DNA of 64,000 nucleotides, taken from positions 30,226,966 through 30,290,965 of the forward strand of contig NC_068982.1 of the NCBI RefSeq assembly GCF_001194135.2, given 5' to 3'. Source of the DNA: Octopus bimaculoides. Lineage: Eukaryota. Position numbers and translations under genes: made by a program. A model generated the notes under the pieces. That model searched no databases. It had not been told where the DNA came from and saw only the letters and a list, made by a program, of their open reading frames with translations. This document shows positions 1 to 12,890 of the stretch, in pieces. Every line of letters begins with the position of its first letter. Within the stretch, counting starts at the first letter, position 1.

Positions 1-30
1 TATATATATATATATATATATATATATGCG

Positions 31-283
31 TACAAGGTGTGATGGGTAAATTGTTACCATTTTATACGGCTTAGAAGGAGACCATCCAGAAGAGTTGCAG
101 GAGATTCAAAAGCTGTTTGGAGGCCATGGTTGAAGCCAATGGCGATTTTATTGAATAAATTTAGTCTTCAGTATTTGAAAATAATTTTATGTAATTTTAG
201 TAAATATATCTGTTAAAATGAGATGTCAGGGTTATTTTCATTTTTGTGTAATTTAGACGACAATTTAATCACCGCACCCTGTA
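31..283 (+). mobile_element. Short Tc1/mariner-like non-autonomous element
   Basis: Imperfect TIRs TACAAGGTGTGATGGGTAAATTGT and ACAATTTAATCACCGCACCCTGTA with TA ends. The interior reads like a Tc1-type transposase C-terminus (ETIQKSCRRFKSCLEAMVEANGDFIE*). Confidence 0.65.
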
Positions 284-629
284 TGTATGTAGGTGTGTAT
301 GTATGTATGTATGTATGTACATGTGTGTGTTTGTTTGAATGTATGTACGTACATGTGAAACAGCAATGTATCTTCATGAATACATTGCGTATGTGCACAC
401 ACACATACACTCTCACAATAGCTCACAATTATGAACACACATACTCTCTTCATTTTCTATCAAGCACAAATACACCCTCTTTAATTGCTCTAACACACAC
501 ACACACACATACAAACACATACACACACATACTCATGCACCTAGAGAGGCACCCACACATACACACAAAGAGGCACATACACTCATACACATTAAGAGGA
601 GCACACACACACACACTCTCTCTCTCTCA

Positions 630-670
<41 letters not shown>

Positions 671-720
671 TTCTTTCTTCCTACCCGCCCCCACTGACTC
701 TTATTTCTCCCAACCATCCA
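284..720. repeat. Compound (GTAT)n/(CA)n/(CT)n microsatellite mosaic
   Basis: Seen directly; it explains the low-complexity ORFs 213..416, 223..1017 and 265..453. Confidence 0.9.
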
Positions 721-1853
721 TTCTCTCTGTCTCCTCATTCCCTTTCATTTTCCTTACATCTTTACTTCTTCACACTCCCATCATTTTTCTTTTTCTTTCT
801 TTACTTCTCAGAAACGAATTTTCTTTTCTATTTAAAAAACAAAAAAAAAAAAATAGTGAAACAAAGTTTGTCTCAGTATTTCTCACCAATTATCACCTTT
901 CATCATGCTGCTATTATAAAACTGTGTTATGTTATTCTATTTGATACCTCTCTCAGTCTCCCTTCACACTGTTTCAAACAAGGAATGTATATTCTTCCCC
1001 AATATGTCGCATTCTAATAAAACACAGGAGGAAATATGACTTTAAGAAATGAAGGACAGAAAAATAATATATCTCTGTAAACACATAAATAAAACATCTC
1101 ATACAATGTACATAATTTCATTATGAAATAGTATGAATGTGTAACCAGTTCCTCTCTAAATTGTACTTTATTGTATGTATGACTATATGTATGTATTTAC
1201 ATGTGCATGCAGCATACATGTGTCGTGTGTGCATGCACCATGCATGTAAACATTCATATACAGGCATGTGCACTCACACATGCACTTATGCATACACATA
1301 CACATATGCTTAATTTTGGTCATGTGATGACCGTGGTCTCCTTCATCTGTGGTTCCTTGGATAATCATACTTCCTTATCTTTATAACTAAATTTGTAAAA
1401 GGGAACCATGTAAATTGTAGTTTGGGGAATCCAGGTGCAAACACTCTACACTGATACCATTTACCTTGTTATTCATTCTCCGTGTAGACTTCAGTATGTT
1501 TTTCATTTGTATTTTCAATTCGTCTTCAACAGTGAGACCATTACAGTGAAATGCTGAGAATGATGTCTTCCATTTTTAAATGATTAATATTGTTCCTTTT
1601 CAACTAGTCTTTCAGCTACATATTTGTTTAGCTAATCATTGACCATGCTGTAGCTAGCCAAAGAGAGAATATGGTGGAAAGCAAAGTCAGACACATGCAC
1701 AATGTATCCAAGCTATCTCAGTTGATGACTCTTTCGTGTCAGTTCAATGTTGCTCTGTTGGTTGGATCAAATGTTTCTACGTGTGTAGTCTTATCTCAGG
1801 AGATGAATAAAAGATTCTTCTACAGATGATAGATGTGAAAAACTTTGAAGGTT

Positions 1854-2040
1854 TTAACCCTTTAGCATTTAAACCAGCCAGATCTGGCCTCTCATACCAA
1901 TTCTGCAATGCCTTTCTAAAAATTAACAGTTACGTTATTAAAATCTCAAAGCTATAAGATAATGCATGAGCAATTTAAATAATGTCAATAAATAAATAAA
2001 CTTTATATTTGATAGGGTAATCTGAATACTAAAATGTTAA
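1854..2040 (-). mobile_element. piggyBac-like MITE, family A (TTAACCCTTTAGCATT termini)
   Basis: TTAA-CCC terminus and shared internal sequence with copies at 21907, 23495, 41423, 45845, 56180 and 63783. Confidence 0.7.
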
Positions 2041-5000
2041 TGTGCTTCATGGCCTGTACTTATACACTGTACTTATTCATGGTCATATAAATGCAGAGTG
2101 CCTAACAGATGAGGACCTTTGTATGGAAGGTGAAATGCCTATTTGGAACAATGCTCTGTGCATCTTCAAAAGAATACCAGGACGTGTCTGAGGTGATACG
2201 ATCTGTTCTTGTCACATATTGTCATTGGAATAAATGCTGCTAGGAAACTGCAGTAGGCAACTATAACTATTTGTTGCTGTTGTAGTAAAAGGAAAGCGTG
2301 GAGAGAAAGCAGTGTTGTCAGCCATTGTGAGATGGACTTAGTTTTCTGGACAATAATTATCTCACACATTCTTTCATGACTTTCATTGGAGTCCAAGATG
2401 GTGCAGACTACTGGAGCAGTTTTCACAATACTGTAAGCACAGTGATCTGTTCAGAAGTAGCAGGAAGCTAATGATCACAAGTTTACCATTATGTGAGAAG
2501 TTAATAGTGATTGATATCTCCATTTCCTCTCAGTTTATACTGTAATACCTCAGTTTGTTCTGGGATCTAATCTAACCAGTTCAACTATTACAATTTAATG
2601 AGATTTGCAATGACATTTTATATGCATCACATAACCATTACAGCACAGCTTGCACAGTACTTCTGTATATACCATCCAATGCTATCTATGACAAGTTCCT
2701 CTCTCAAAGCTCAGACATTCCATTATTCATGATCAAGATTAAAGTTCATTGGTCTTAATTATGGATTAAATTTTGCTTAATATGTTTGGCCTGTTCTCTC
2801 TTCTGTTCAATTAGTAAAGCAAAACAATCTCTGGTTGCAGATGCACTTTGGGTGATGTGCTAACTACATTGATAGACAGGACATGATAAAAAGCCTGTTT
2901 TAATGCAGGGCAAAGCATGCCTAATGTTCCTTATCAACATCAGTACTGATTGGTACTAAAGTAGAGAGTAAAAATACTTTCAGAAAATGACAGTTCTGAA
3001 GTCATCAGGACTTTGTGGTATGTTCTATCCTTTTGCTAATAATTTTTTTTGTGCTTATGTAGTTGTGGGAAGATATAGGACACTCTTTCAAGCTCTCTAT
3101 CGACAAACCTACAAAACATTAAGGATGTTAGAGCTGGAAAGAGAGAGCAGGGAGCATGAACACTTGGCTGTTATCTATGTTTAGCTGTGTAGATTGGAGC
3201 AGTGTGAAATACGGTGTTTTACTCAGGAATCTAACTCACCACCTTGTACAGGAATTGAATCCTTAAGCTTGCCAGCATGAGTCTAACACCGTAACTATTA
3301 AACCATGCGCCTTCACTTAATAATTATTTAATTGGGACATGATGAACCATAATAACTATTTATACACTGTCCCCTTATATTCTCCGATTCAAAGAAGTAA
3401 ACTCCTTATATCATTAGGTATTTTCATTTTAACATTTTTTTTTAGTTTTTGATTTTTTAGTGAAAGAACTCTTTGCCAACAAATAACACCATTAATCTCC
3501 CTAAATTCCTGTGATTATATACTGAGATACACTTCGTTATGTTCGCAGTTTAGAGTAACCTTTTATTAGATTCGAGTGTATATTGCACTCATTTAACTTG
3601 ATCTTTTTTTATTTCGTAAATTTTTTTTTCTCAGATCAAACATTACCTTTCAACATTAACATTAACATATCACAAAATATCAGTTTTTGATGCAGGACTG
3701 GTAAATAAAATTTATTGCATCATACATGTTTTTTTATTTCTGTTATCAGTGCATGGTGAACTACCCATTAATGTGTAAACTGGCTCAACTCCTATAAAAA
3801 CAAGTCTTCTTTTACTGGTTTCAACCATTTGATTTGTCATGCAGGAACACCACCATCAAAGGAATATTACTGCCTTGTAGAATATTTTACTGACAAAACT
3901 TATGTTCTAACCTTATTTATTATTATATTTTATTATTTAGTGGATCTATAGCCGATCATGAATTAATGTAGAATTCATGATGGGAAATCTTAACATAAAT
4001 CTTGAATGAATGATATTTTGTTCTAGTTTTATTTTAAGAACATTTGTTATACTGGTACATTTTCTTATCACTTGCAATTTTTTGTTTCTCTTAGCGGAAA
4101 CAAGAATAATAATTTGTTTATTTCTTACCTCCTTTGACAAGTATGCATAAATATGAATAATGCCAGGCTAACTTTGCTTTTTCATCTGTCCAAGATCAAT
4201 AAAATAAGCACTGATGTCAATGTAATTGGCTCTGCCAACAATATAACCCCAACATAGCCACAATCTGGTTACTCAAACCTGTAAAAGAAATAAAACAGAG
4301 AATTATAAAACTCAAACAATATTTTATGTCTCAGGGGTGAGATTTGAGAGAAAGATATAGCTGCAGGTTGAGTGACTGTGTAGAGGTCGTCTAATTGGTG
4401 AGTTGTGATTGGAGAAAGATGATATTGCATAACTTTGTGTTTACTAGCATTTTTTTCTTTCCTTCTTCATTGTCAATTATTACTGTTAACAACATTTATT
4501 TTCTTCATACATGCTACTTCACATCAACTGAGTTACAATTCTACACAGTGCACCTGAAACTTGGCAAAATAAACTTCCAAAATGATTCAATTTTACATAT
4601 CTGAGCCAGCTATAAATCTATTTAAAATTATATCTCTTTTAAACCAGTGTAAGATCCATTATAAATGAGGGGCATGTTCCTGTTTTAATCTTCGGAGTTA
4701 CTCCTATTCATGATCTTACGCTTGTTTACTTCCTTCCATCTAAGAATAACTTAACTAACTTCAGTGAATATTTTCCAGCAAGTTTAATATTTGAATAGTG
4801 TTCATTAGTCTTGTAAGACTGCACCTGTTTATATCCATTATTTGCATTTCTTTGTTCTCCTTTCATTACTGTCTCTCTCTCTCTCTCTCTCTCTTTGGCA
4901 CCCCTCCCTCTTTCTATCTCCTCTTTCATTCTATATTTTGACTTTGATATTCATTTTCCTTGTAATGGCACACCATAACAGTAATTTTTCTTGGAGGCAT

Positions 5001-5450
5001 TTTAACTGTGTGAGCATTCAAAGAGAAGCATGCATATGCATATTTGTTGCCTTGTCTGGATTGATATGCTGTATTCATTAGTTATGGGATGATATCACTT
5101 AAGTAAATATATGCTGATATACATACATACATACATACATTATATATATATATATATATAAATATATATATATGGATGTCTTAAAGGTACTTACTAAAAT
5201 ATACATGGTGTGAACTGTTGATGGGAAATTGAATATTGATGCTATATTGCTATATTTTATATGTATATATGTATGATGACTTTATAAAGCATTAGTCAAT
5301 TTATGAAGTTAAAGAATTCCATTCCATTCTGTTATATTATGATATTGATGTTTTCATGGCAAAATTATATCGGGATCCGAAATTCATTAAGCCTATTTTT
5401 GCAATGAATTTGAAGAACTGTTGAAAATGAAACCATTATAACTTCACTGC

Positions 5451-5497
<47 letters not shown>

Positions 5498-7019
5498 GAG
5501 TGTATATGTAATTGTGCAAATGTGCATGTCAATACAATATATGTAATTAAGTCTAGATAAATGAATGTATATTTATAGAAATAAAATGAGACTATACCTA
5601 ATAAGGTTAATGATCCTATAAGGTTGTTATTTTATGCTCCAAGACATTTTCAAATTCCTTACTTGATAAGAAACTCATCCAGACTCTCAGTATCATAGTA
5701 AATTATATGTATTCCAGTAGAAATCTAAATTCAGTATTCGTGTGGTAATTAGTGCTTTTTTATTGGAACCAGGTTTGTCACTCTATAAGAGAGAAAGAAC
5801 AGCCAAAGTAGTCATTAACTTTAGTGTACTTAATTGAGTAGCAGTAAAAGTAATAAAATGATTAAATAGAATTAAAAAAAAAAGTCATGTAATGATTATG
5901 TATGCTTTCTTATGAAAATACTTCTTTGTTTTTCTGTTGTTTTAAATTGTTCCCACCAGGTCAATAAACTTGTTTGCATGTTCCTGTTTCTATGAGGCTT
6001 TAAAACTAAACACATACATTTGTAAGTTATAATTAAAGTAATGTTATCTGTCACTGATTTTATCTGATCGCTTTTGTTGTTTCGTGAAACCAATTATTCA
6101 TGGAGCCCTGAACATTTTGATAATTCGTGTCAATTTTCCGAATTGTTCTCAAATGGAAAGTTCAATGGAAAAATATTCTAAATATATTTAGAAAATATAA
6201 AAACAAAACCAAAAAAAAAGAAGAAACTGTTTTCATATTCAACATTGCTTTTCTGTTTTTTTTTTTTGTTTCCACATTTTACATGCTATTATAAAGTTAA
6301 TTGCCCATAGAGCAGTGACCTTTATGCTGCATTATCTAACTATTTTGCATTGTATGATGAGCACTTTGAAAGCTTTGAAAGTGAAAGCCATTCATTCACA
6401 AACACAAACACTCATGCAAAAAAAAAAAAAANNNNNNNNNNNNNNNNNNNNNNNNNNNNNNNNNNNNNNNNNNNNNNNNNNNNNNNNNNNNNNNNNNNNN
6501 NNNNNNNNNNNNNNNNNNNNNNNNNNNNNNNNNNNNNNNNNNNNNNNNNNNNNNNNNNNNNNNNNNNNNNNNNNNNNNNNNNNNNNNNNNNNNNNNNNNN
6601 NNNNNNNNNNNNNNNNNNNNNNNNNNNNNNNNNNNNNNNNNNNNNNNNNNNNNNNNNNNNNNNNNNNNNNNNNNNNNNNNNNNNNNNNNNNNNNNNNNNN
6701 NNNNNNNNNNNNNNNNNNNNNNNNNNNNNNNNNNNNNNNNNNNNNNNNNNNNNNNNNNNNNNNNNNNNNNNNNNNNNNNNNNNNNNNNNNNNNNNNNNNN
6801 NNNNNNNNNNNNNNNNNNNNNNNNNNNNNNNNNNNNNNNNNNNNNNNNNNNNNNNNNNNNNNNNNNNNNNNNNNNNNNNNNNNNNNNNNNNNNNNNNNNN
6901 NNNNNNNNNNNNNNNNNNNNNNNNNNNNNNNNNNNNNNNNNNNNNNNNNNNNNNNNNNNNNNNNNNNNNNNNNNNNNNNNNNNNNNNNCAGACTGGAACG
7001 AACACGACACAATGAAGTA

Positions 7020-7058
7020 GAGAAATTTGAAAAGACAACACGAAACCGGTTATTTCTC
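7020..7058 (+). ncRNA. Minimal type-I hammerhead ribozyme-like motif (U3-A8 core variant)
   Basis: GAGAAAT (7020-7026) pairs perfectly with ATTTCTC (7052-7058). Between them lie the core TTGAAAA, G-acaaca-C, GAAA, the palindrome AACCGGTT and a GUU site. Confidence 0.6.
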
Positions 7059-7204
7059 AAAATACAATGTTTATATACCAAAAAGATTTTATAACATTTT
7101 TCTGACATAATTTAAATATATACTTTAACCATGTAACACAAGCCTTCTGTAGTTTTTTCACTCTTATTATCTTTTATATATATATATATATATACACATG
7201 TATA

Positions 7205-7400
7205 TATAAATATAAACGAAAGACGAAGACAAGTGAAGGAACAATAACCAGGTGTATTAGTTTAACGCTTAGGAAGAATGGAGAAGTCGTTGACAGTCCG
7301 AGCCTACACTGTCCATCAGAAAGGACTGAGAGGACAAAAATGGAGAGAGAACGCAAAAGAAAAAAAGAAAAACAAAAAAAAAATGGAGAGAGAAAAAAAT
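7205..7400 (-). mobile_element. Penelope-like/retrozyme-type terminal repeat with decayed hammerhead (7288-7323)
   Basis: Homologous to 37305-37480 (shared GGTGTATTAGTTT..CGCT.AGGAAGAATGGA and GAAAGGACTGAGAGGA). The minus strand reads cttt-ctgatgg-a-cagtgtaggctc-ggac-tgtc-aacg. Confidence 0.5.
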
Positions 7401-7884
7401 GTGTAGGGATTGAATGTTTGTGTGCGTATGTGTATAGACTCAAAAGGGGCTGTTGTTTGTCTGTTGACAAGGCTTATATTATGTAGTAAAATAGATAAAA
7501 AGAGTACAGTGAATTTGCTGTGTGAGATGGAAAGGCAAATGTCTTGGACATTTTCTTCTTCCTCAGGGAAAAAATTTTTTATCAGTTATATTATACAACA
7601 CACCCCACCACCACCTACTACTACTAAGCTAAAGCAGTTTAGATTAATTGATAAAAGATATTTATCATTTAGTCACTGCCACCTCACCCCACTGCTTCCA
7701 CCGCTCCCCCATCATCTCCATCATCGTTATCATTTTAATGGTTGCTTTTCCCCCACAATGTTGGCATGTGTTGGACAACACTTATCAACCACAGTATCTT
7801 AATACACGATACCCTTCCTGTTGCCTTAATCTCTTTCACAGGTAAAGTTATTTCTTATTTCTCTGGTTTTCACGATTTGAAGCC

Positions 7885-8222
7885 ACTGTATTACAGGATG
7901 GGGGCTGAGGACTGAACCTTGGTGGACCCCTACCTCTACCCAGATTTCTTCACTGTACTCGTTGCCAACCCTCACCTTACTGACAGCATTTCTGTACATG
8001 GCCCGCACAGCTCTCACTAACCATTCTTTTATCCCTAGTTTTCTCATTGATCACCAGATAAGGGATCAGGGGACCCTGTCAAAGGCTTTCTCCATGTCAA
8101 TGAAAGCCAGGTACAGATGTTTATCCTTGGCTATGTATTTCTCCTGCAGCTGTCTTACCAGAAATATAGCATCAGTGGTGCTTTTCCCTGGCACGAACCC
8201 AAACTGACTCTCATCTAAACTG
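7885..8222 (-). mobile_element. RTE-clade LINE reverse transcriptase fragment (pseudogenised)
   Basis: SLDESQFGFVPGKSTTDAIFLVRQLQEKYIAKDKHLYLAFIDMEKAFDRVP*...MRKLGIKEWLVRAVRAMYRNAVSKVRVGNEYSEEIWVEVGVHQGSVLSP. Contains the QFGF, D-EKAFDRV and GVHQGSVLSP RT motifs and an in-frame stop. Confidence 0.92.
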
Positions 8223-8707
8223 ACTGATGATGATGATATATATGTACCTACACACTTACACGCTCCCACATGCATATACATTCAAGACAAGCAACAATAC
8301 AATTTCAGTCCCAAAATACTGCATGGCTTGAGGTTATAGTAGAAGACATTTGCTCATGGTGACTTGCTGTGGGATAGAAACTAGAACCACCTCCATTGGA
8401 AGCAAATTTATTATCATGTAGGAGTTAATTATTATTGATTCCTACAAAGATAGAAGGCCATCGTACAAGACTGGAATTTTCTCATAAGCCCCTGTCTGAC
8501 AAAAGGCAAAGCTGCCCTTGTAGGATTTAGACCCAGAAAATTAAGGACCAAAATGAAATACTGCAAAGTATTAGTTAGTTCTGGCACTTTGCATTGTTTT
8601 ACATTTCTACAAATCCACCTGTCTTTCCAGTTAAGTAGGAACTAAAATTAGTTGTAAATGTTTATTAAGTTTACATGTGAAAATTTTCACTCTTTGAAAT
8701 GTTTGTT

Positions 8708-9240
8708 GACAGAATTAATTAATTTGTGAACAGTGTTGAGAGCAGACAGCAGTGTATAATTTATGAATTGTGTCCATGACAGCTAGGATTTGTGAAATGT
8801 ATTGATGGTAACAGTATATAGTTTATGAATTGTCTATATAACAGCAGTCTATAGTTTGTGAATTGTGTTTATGATAGCAGTCTATAATCTGTGAACTGTG
8901 TTTAGACAGGTGTCTATAGTTTGTGAGGTGTATTGATGATAGTCTATATTTTGTGAATTTTGATCATGACAGCTCTATATAATTTGTGAATTGTGTTGAT
9001 GACAGCAATCTATAAGTTATGAAGTGCATTAATGACGGCAGCCTATAATTTGTCAATTGTGTTGATGACAGTAGTCTATAATTTGTGACTTTTGTTTATG
9101 ACAACTTTATAATTTGTCAATTTTGATCTTGACTACAGTCTATCATTTGTGAATTTTGTTTTAGTTTGTGGTCTATAATTGTGTTGATGTCAGCAGTATA
9201 CAATTTGGGAAGTGAGTATTTGAGAGCAGCATGTAAGTTA
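8708..9240. repeat. Degenerate ~33-bp minisatellite (about 15 units, consensus GACAGCAGTCTATAATTTGTGAATTGTGTTGAT)
   Basis: TCTATAATTTGTGAATT-like motif recurs at about 30-34 nt spacing. Confidence 0.85.
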
Positions 9241-9489
9241 AATGTAATACTGACTACAGTTAACTTGTGATTGGGGTTTACAACACTGCCAATAATTTTA
9301 TATCAACTGATAACTGACACAACTGACTCTGCTTACATACAATTATCATACGTGCAGAAACGTATATGTTGATATGCATGTGTGTATGTGTGTGTGTTTG
9401 TGCATGTGTTTGTCTGTGCAAGAGCTTTGTTAAGCAGATTTCATGTCCTTGCCATTTCTACATCTTTTAAAGATATTTATTGTGTTCAT

Positions 9490-9749
9490 CAGTGGTTCTC
9501 GACCAGAGTCCATATGGTCCTTGGGGGTCTATATAAGATTTTGTCATTAAAATTATCTGCAATAAATTGGCTATACTTGTACAGTACACAGAATATTTAA
9601 GTAATTTTTTAAATATAATTCGTAATAATATTTAGCTACAAAAATATAATTAGATTTTTTAAAACATTTAATGACTAGGAGTGTCCATTTAAGTAAAATG
9701 CAAATCAAAGAGGTCCATAGGTAAAAAGAAAAGTGGTTGAGAAACACTG
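9490..9749 (+). mobile_element. hAT (Charlie-like) MITE
   Basis: TIRs CAGTGGTTCTCGACC and GGTTGAGAAACACTG; degenerate 8-bp TSD GTGTTCAT/GTGTAGAT. Confidence 0.75.
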
Positions 9750-10565
9750 GTGTAGATGCTAATTGTCTTTAGAAATTAATGTAGCTTATGCTGATCTGTA
9801 TGTTTATAGACATTGAATTTAGCTTGATCTATTGATGGAATGGAATGTTGCAATCAATAAGATTGCTAAGTTGAAGTTAACAATACCTCTGACCTGTAAT
9901 GATTGTACCTCATATCTGTTTCAATGATTAAGTGTTCCACTTGTTCAATAAACAGAAATCCATGCCCATTCAGTTATAGCTTAATTGGTTGAGCATTCAG
10001 TAGAAGATGGTTCCCATAATTTAATCTTGAGATATACAGAGTGTAATACAATTTATCACAAGGCAGTCAAATCACAGCTACAGTTCATTCAGCTAGCTTC
10101 CATAATTTCTGTGTGCCTAGTTCTATCAACAGTGATTGTGTCACCTATAGGCTATGGTAGAAGACGCAGTGTACCATGGAACTGGATTGAAGCTGGAACC
10201 ACATGCTTGAGAGACAATCTGTTTAACTTTTCTGTCACCATATTTATTATGAAATATACTGCCTATGTAAGTCATGATATAATCTTGCATAAAAAGAATT
10301 TCATAAAACAATTTTTATTATTTATTAAGTTGATATGTTTGAAACATAAGTTCTTACATAAAATTTATGAAAGAAGGTTTTAATATGGGATATGAAATTT
10401 TTGAATCAAGAAGCTGTATATCATAAGACCAAAGGCAGCCTCATCATGTTGGTGTCAAATCTGTTAATATTTGATTATTACTTTGAAAGCATCTGGAGTT
10501 GTAGTTGGTTAACTATCTATGTCATAGTGATGTTATAATACTGTTTACCACCATGCTAATTAAGA

Positions 10566-10604
<39 letters not shown>

Positions 10605-10734
10605 TCTGATTTACATAGAAGTGTGACAGTATTGAAATATTAAATAAATTATCTGTAATAGTTTCCACATTTTTCTATGTGTGTATTTATGCAATTCATA
10701 TAAGTTTGGTATCAGCTATTTGGTTGGTTAGTCC

Positions 10735-10948
10735 ATAGGGCTAATTTCCTGGTTTCTTTGGCATATATATTTCTCCCTGGACAGGACACTGGTCCATTGC
10801 AGGATTACTCATTTCTACCAGCTGAGTACACTGGAGCAACATGAATTGAAGTGCCTTGCTCAAAAACACAATGCATTACTTGGTCCAGGAATCGAAACCA
10901 CAGTCTTACAATCATGAATCCAACACACTAACCATTAAGCCATGCGCC
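10735..10948 (-). mobile_element. tRNA-headed SINE, family C
   Basis: The minus strand begins GGCGCATGGCTTAATGGTTAGTGTGTTGG...GGTTTCGATTCCTGGACC (A/B-box-like head). Related to 13370-13692 and 40840-41230. Confidence 0.7.
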
Positions 10949-12061
10949 TACATTATCATCTCTTTTCTAAGAAAATCATGGGTAGGTATTTTCTCTGATA
11001 GAGTGGAGTTGACAGCTGCCTTTAAAATGAAATTTGGCAAACAACTTACCTTGACATAAGGTTTTGATTGTTGGATGATATTCTTTATGCCAGAAATTTT
11101 GCAGTATGTTCTGCTTGATATTATTTTGTCTTTGGCACTAGAGCTATCTTCTTGTATCAGATATTATTCAGAACTGACCATGTTGTTTATACTGAGCCCA
11201 CTTCTTCTTTTGTTCCCTGATGTTTGTATAACTTCCTGCACTACCTTGGTGAAAGATTTATCCATTGGTTAACAGAAAAAAATAAATGAGGAAAGAAAAA
11301 AAGATAAATGAGTGTATTGAAAACAAATTATCTTGCTATATTTATTCCAAAGTATACTGCTGTATTTATTCCTTCTCAACGTGAAAGTGCACATGTATGC
11401 ACACACACTTGTATCTTCTTTACCTCACAATATGCAGTTAAGTAATGGCTAGTACATTTAAAAGCCTAGGCAATTGTGCTATTGTTCACAAAATGACTAA
11501 GATGGAAAAACCAAAAAAAACAAAAAGATATGTATCCGTTTCTATATAATTTTCCTCTGAAAATGTAAATCACTATGATATCCCATTCAGCTTGTGTCCC
11601 CTAGCATCCATCCCTTTTTTTTTTTTACATCCAGCTTTTTCTTTTTTGAACTTCATTGTCTTCTGTATTCTTGGTACCATCCTTCACAGCTATCTCTCCT
11701 CCAAATTACAATTCTAACAGATAGCAAATAGTTTGCAAGTCTGCTGCTAACAAGTACCTCCTACTTAATGTAGTGCAGGTAACAATAACAATAAAACAAA
11801 ATATTTGTCATTCTGAGAAAATTAATTTTCTACATTGTTTGGAACTTGAGAGATCAATCTAGTAATATCGTCTTGCTTACGGATATGTAAATGGTCTGTT
11901 TTGAACAAAGATTTTCGAGCTTAGAGGCATTGTATATAACAATGAAAAGTCTTAAATGTTTGTTTAACTTTTTTATCATCTGCTCTCCAGTGCTTATATA
12001 GATGAGATGAGAATACGTTTTTACAAGATTTGGATGTTTCCATATAAACAAAGTATATAGA

Positions 12062-12207
12062 TACAGGCATGGCTGGGTGGTTAAAAATACTTGCTTCGCA
12101 ACTATGTGATTTCAGGTTCAATCCCACTGCTTGGCACTTTGGACGAGTGTCTTCTACTGATTAATGCCATGTGAGTGAATTTGATCGACAGGAACTGTGT
12201 TGAAGCT

Positions 12208-12239
<32 letters not shown>

Positions 12240-12279
12240 CTGTTAGCATCACGTTTCCTTGACATCTTGTGATTGTCAT
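12062..12279 (+). mobile_element. tRNA-headed SINE, family A, truncated; abuts the broken 3' end of the mariner
   Basis: GGCATGGCTGGGTGGTTAA...TTCAGGTTCAATCCCACTGC head followed by (GT)n. Confidence 0.7.
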
Positions 12280-12890
12280 GAAGCTGTAGTGGATGACACC
12301 GGTGCTAAACCACCAAACAGACACCATTAACTTTTTTTGGTGAATATTCTTTTGTGGATTGTGTTTTGGTACTTTGCCTCTATCCAACCACTGTGCAGAA
12401 TGCTTGCTATTGTTGAAAAGAATCCATTTTTCATCACACGTAACAGTACGATGCAAAATGGTTCACTTTTATGCCATGACAACAAAGAACAGCAAATTTC
12501 AAGACATGTCGTTTAATGCTCGTTCAGTTCATGTGGTTCCTACTTGCCCAGCTTCTTTACTTTGCCAATTTGTTTCAGATGGTCCAGTAAAGTTGGAATT
12601 GAAACGTCAAACCTTGCTGCTAACTCAAGCATAGTTTGAGATTTATCCACTCCCACTACACTTTGCAGCTCATCTTTATCCACCTTGGTCTCAGGTCTAC
12701 CAAGGGGCTGCTTTTCAATAATAAAGTCACCAGACCAGAACTTCTCAAACCATCGATGTACATTGCACTCATTCACCACATCTTCACCAAACACCTCACT
12801 GATGTTTCAAGCTATTTGGAATGCATTGATTCCTTGGTGGAACTCATATTCATAAACAACACAAATTCTTTATCTATCCAGGAGTTCAAA
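12280..12890 (-). pseudogene. Mariner (Tc1/mariner) transposase remnant, N-terminal half
   Basis: Fragments YEYEFHQGINAFQIA*NISEVFGEDVVNECNVHRWFEKF..GRPETKVDKDEL..LKQIGKVKKL, WVP-type linker, VTCDEKWILFNN (first catalytic D) and HQKKLMVSVWW. Stops and frameshifts present. Confidence 0.92.

Noticed and set aside
213-1386. ORFs up to 264 aa rich in H/T/C/V/Y/M
   Set aside because: They are translations of (CA)n/(GTAT)n/RY microsatellites, not genes. The same applies to similar ORFs at 14092, 43999, 49725, 56661 and 62959.
6175-6192. 18-bp perfect palindrome TTCTAAATATATTTAGAA
   Set aside because: Pure AT-rich low complexity; expected by chance.
6315-7108. Long ORFs spanning N runs (also 26131-27135, 27753-28091, 37692-38105)
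   Set aside because: Artefacts of assembly gaps translated as X.
11048-11245. Minus-strand segment with a GTAAGT donor and a KWAQYKQHGQF peptide
   Set aside because: All frames contain stops; more likely a decayed LINE fragment than an exon.
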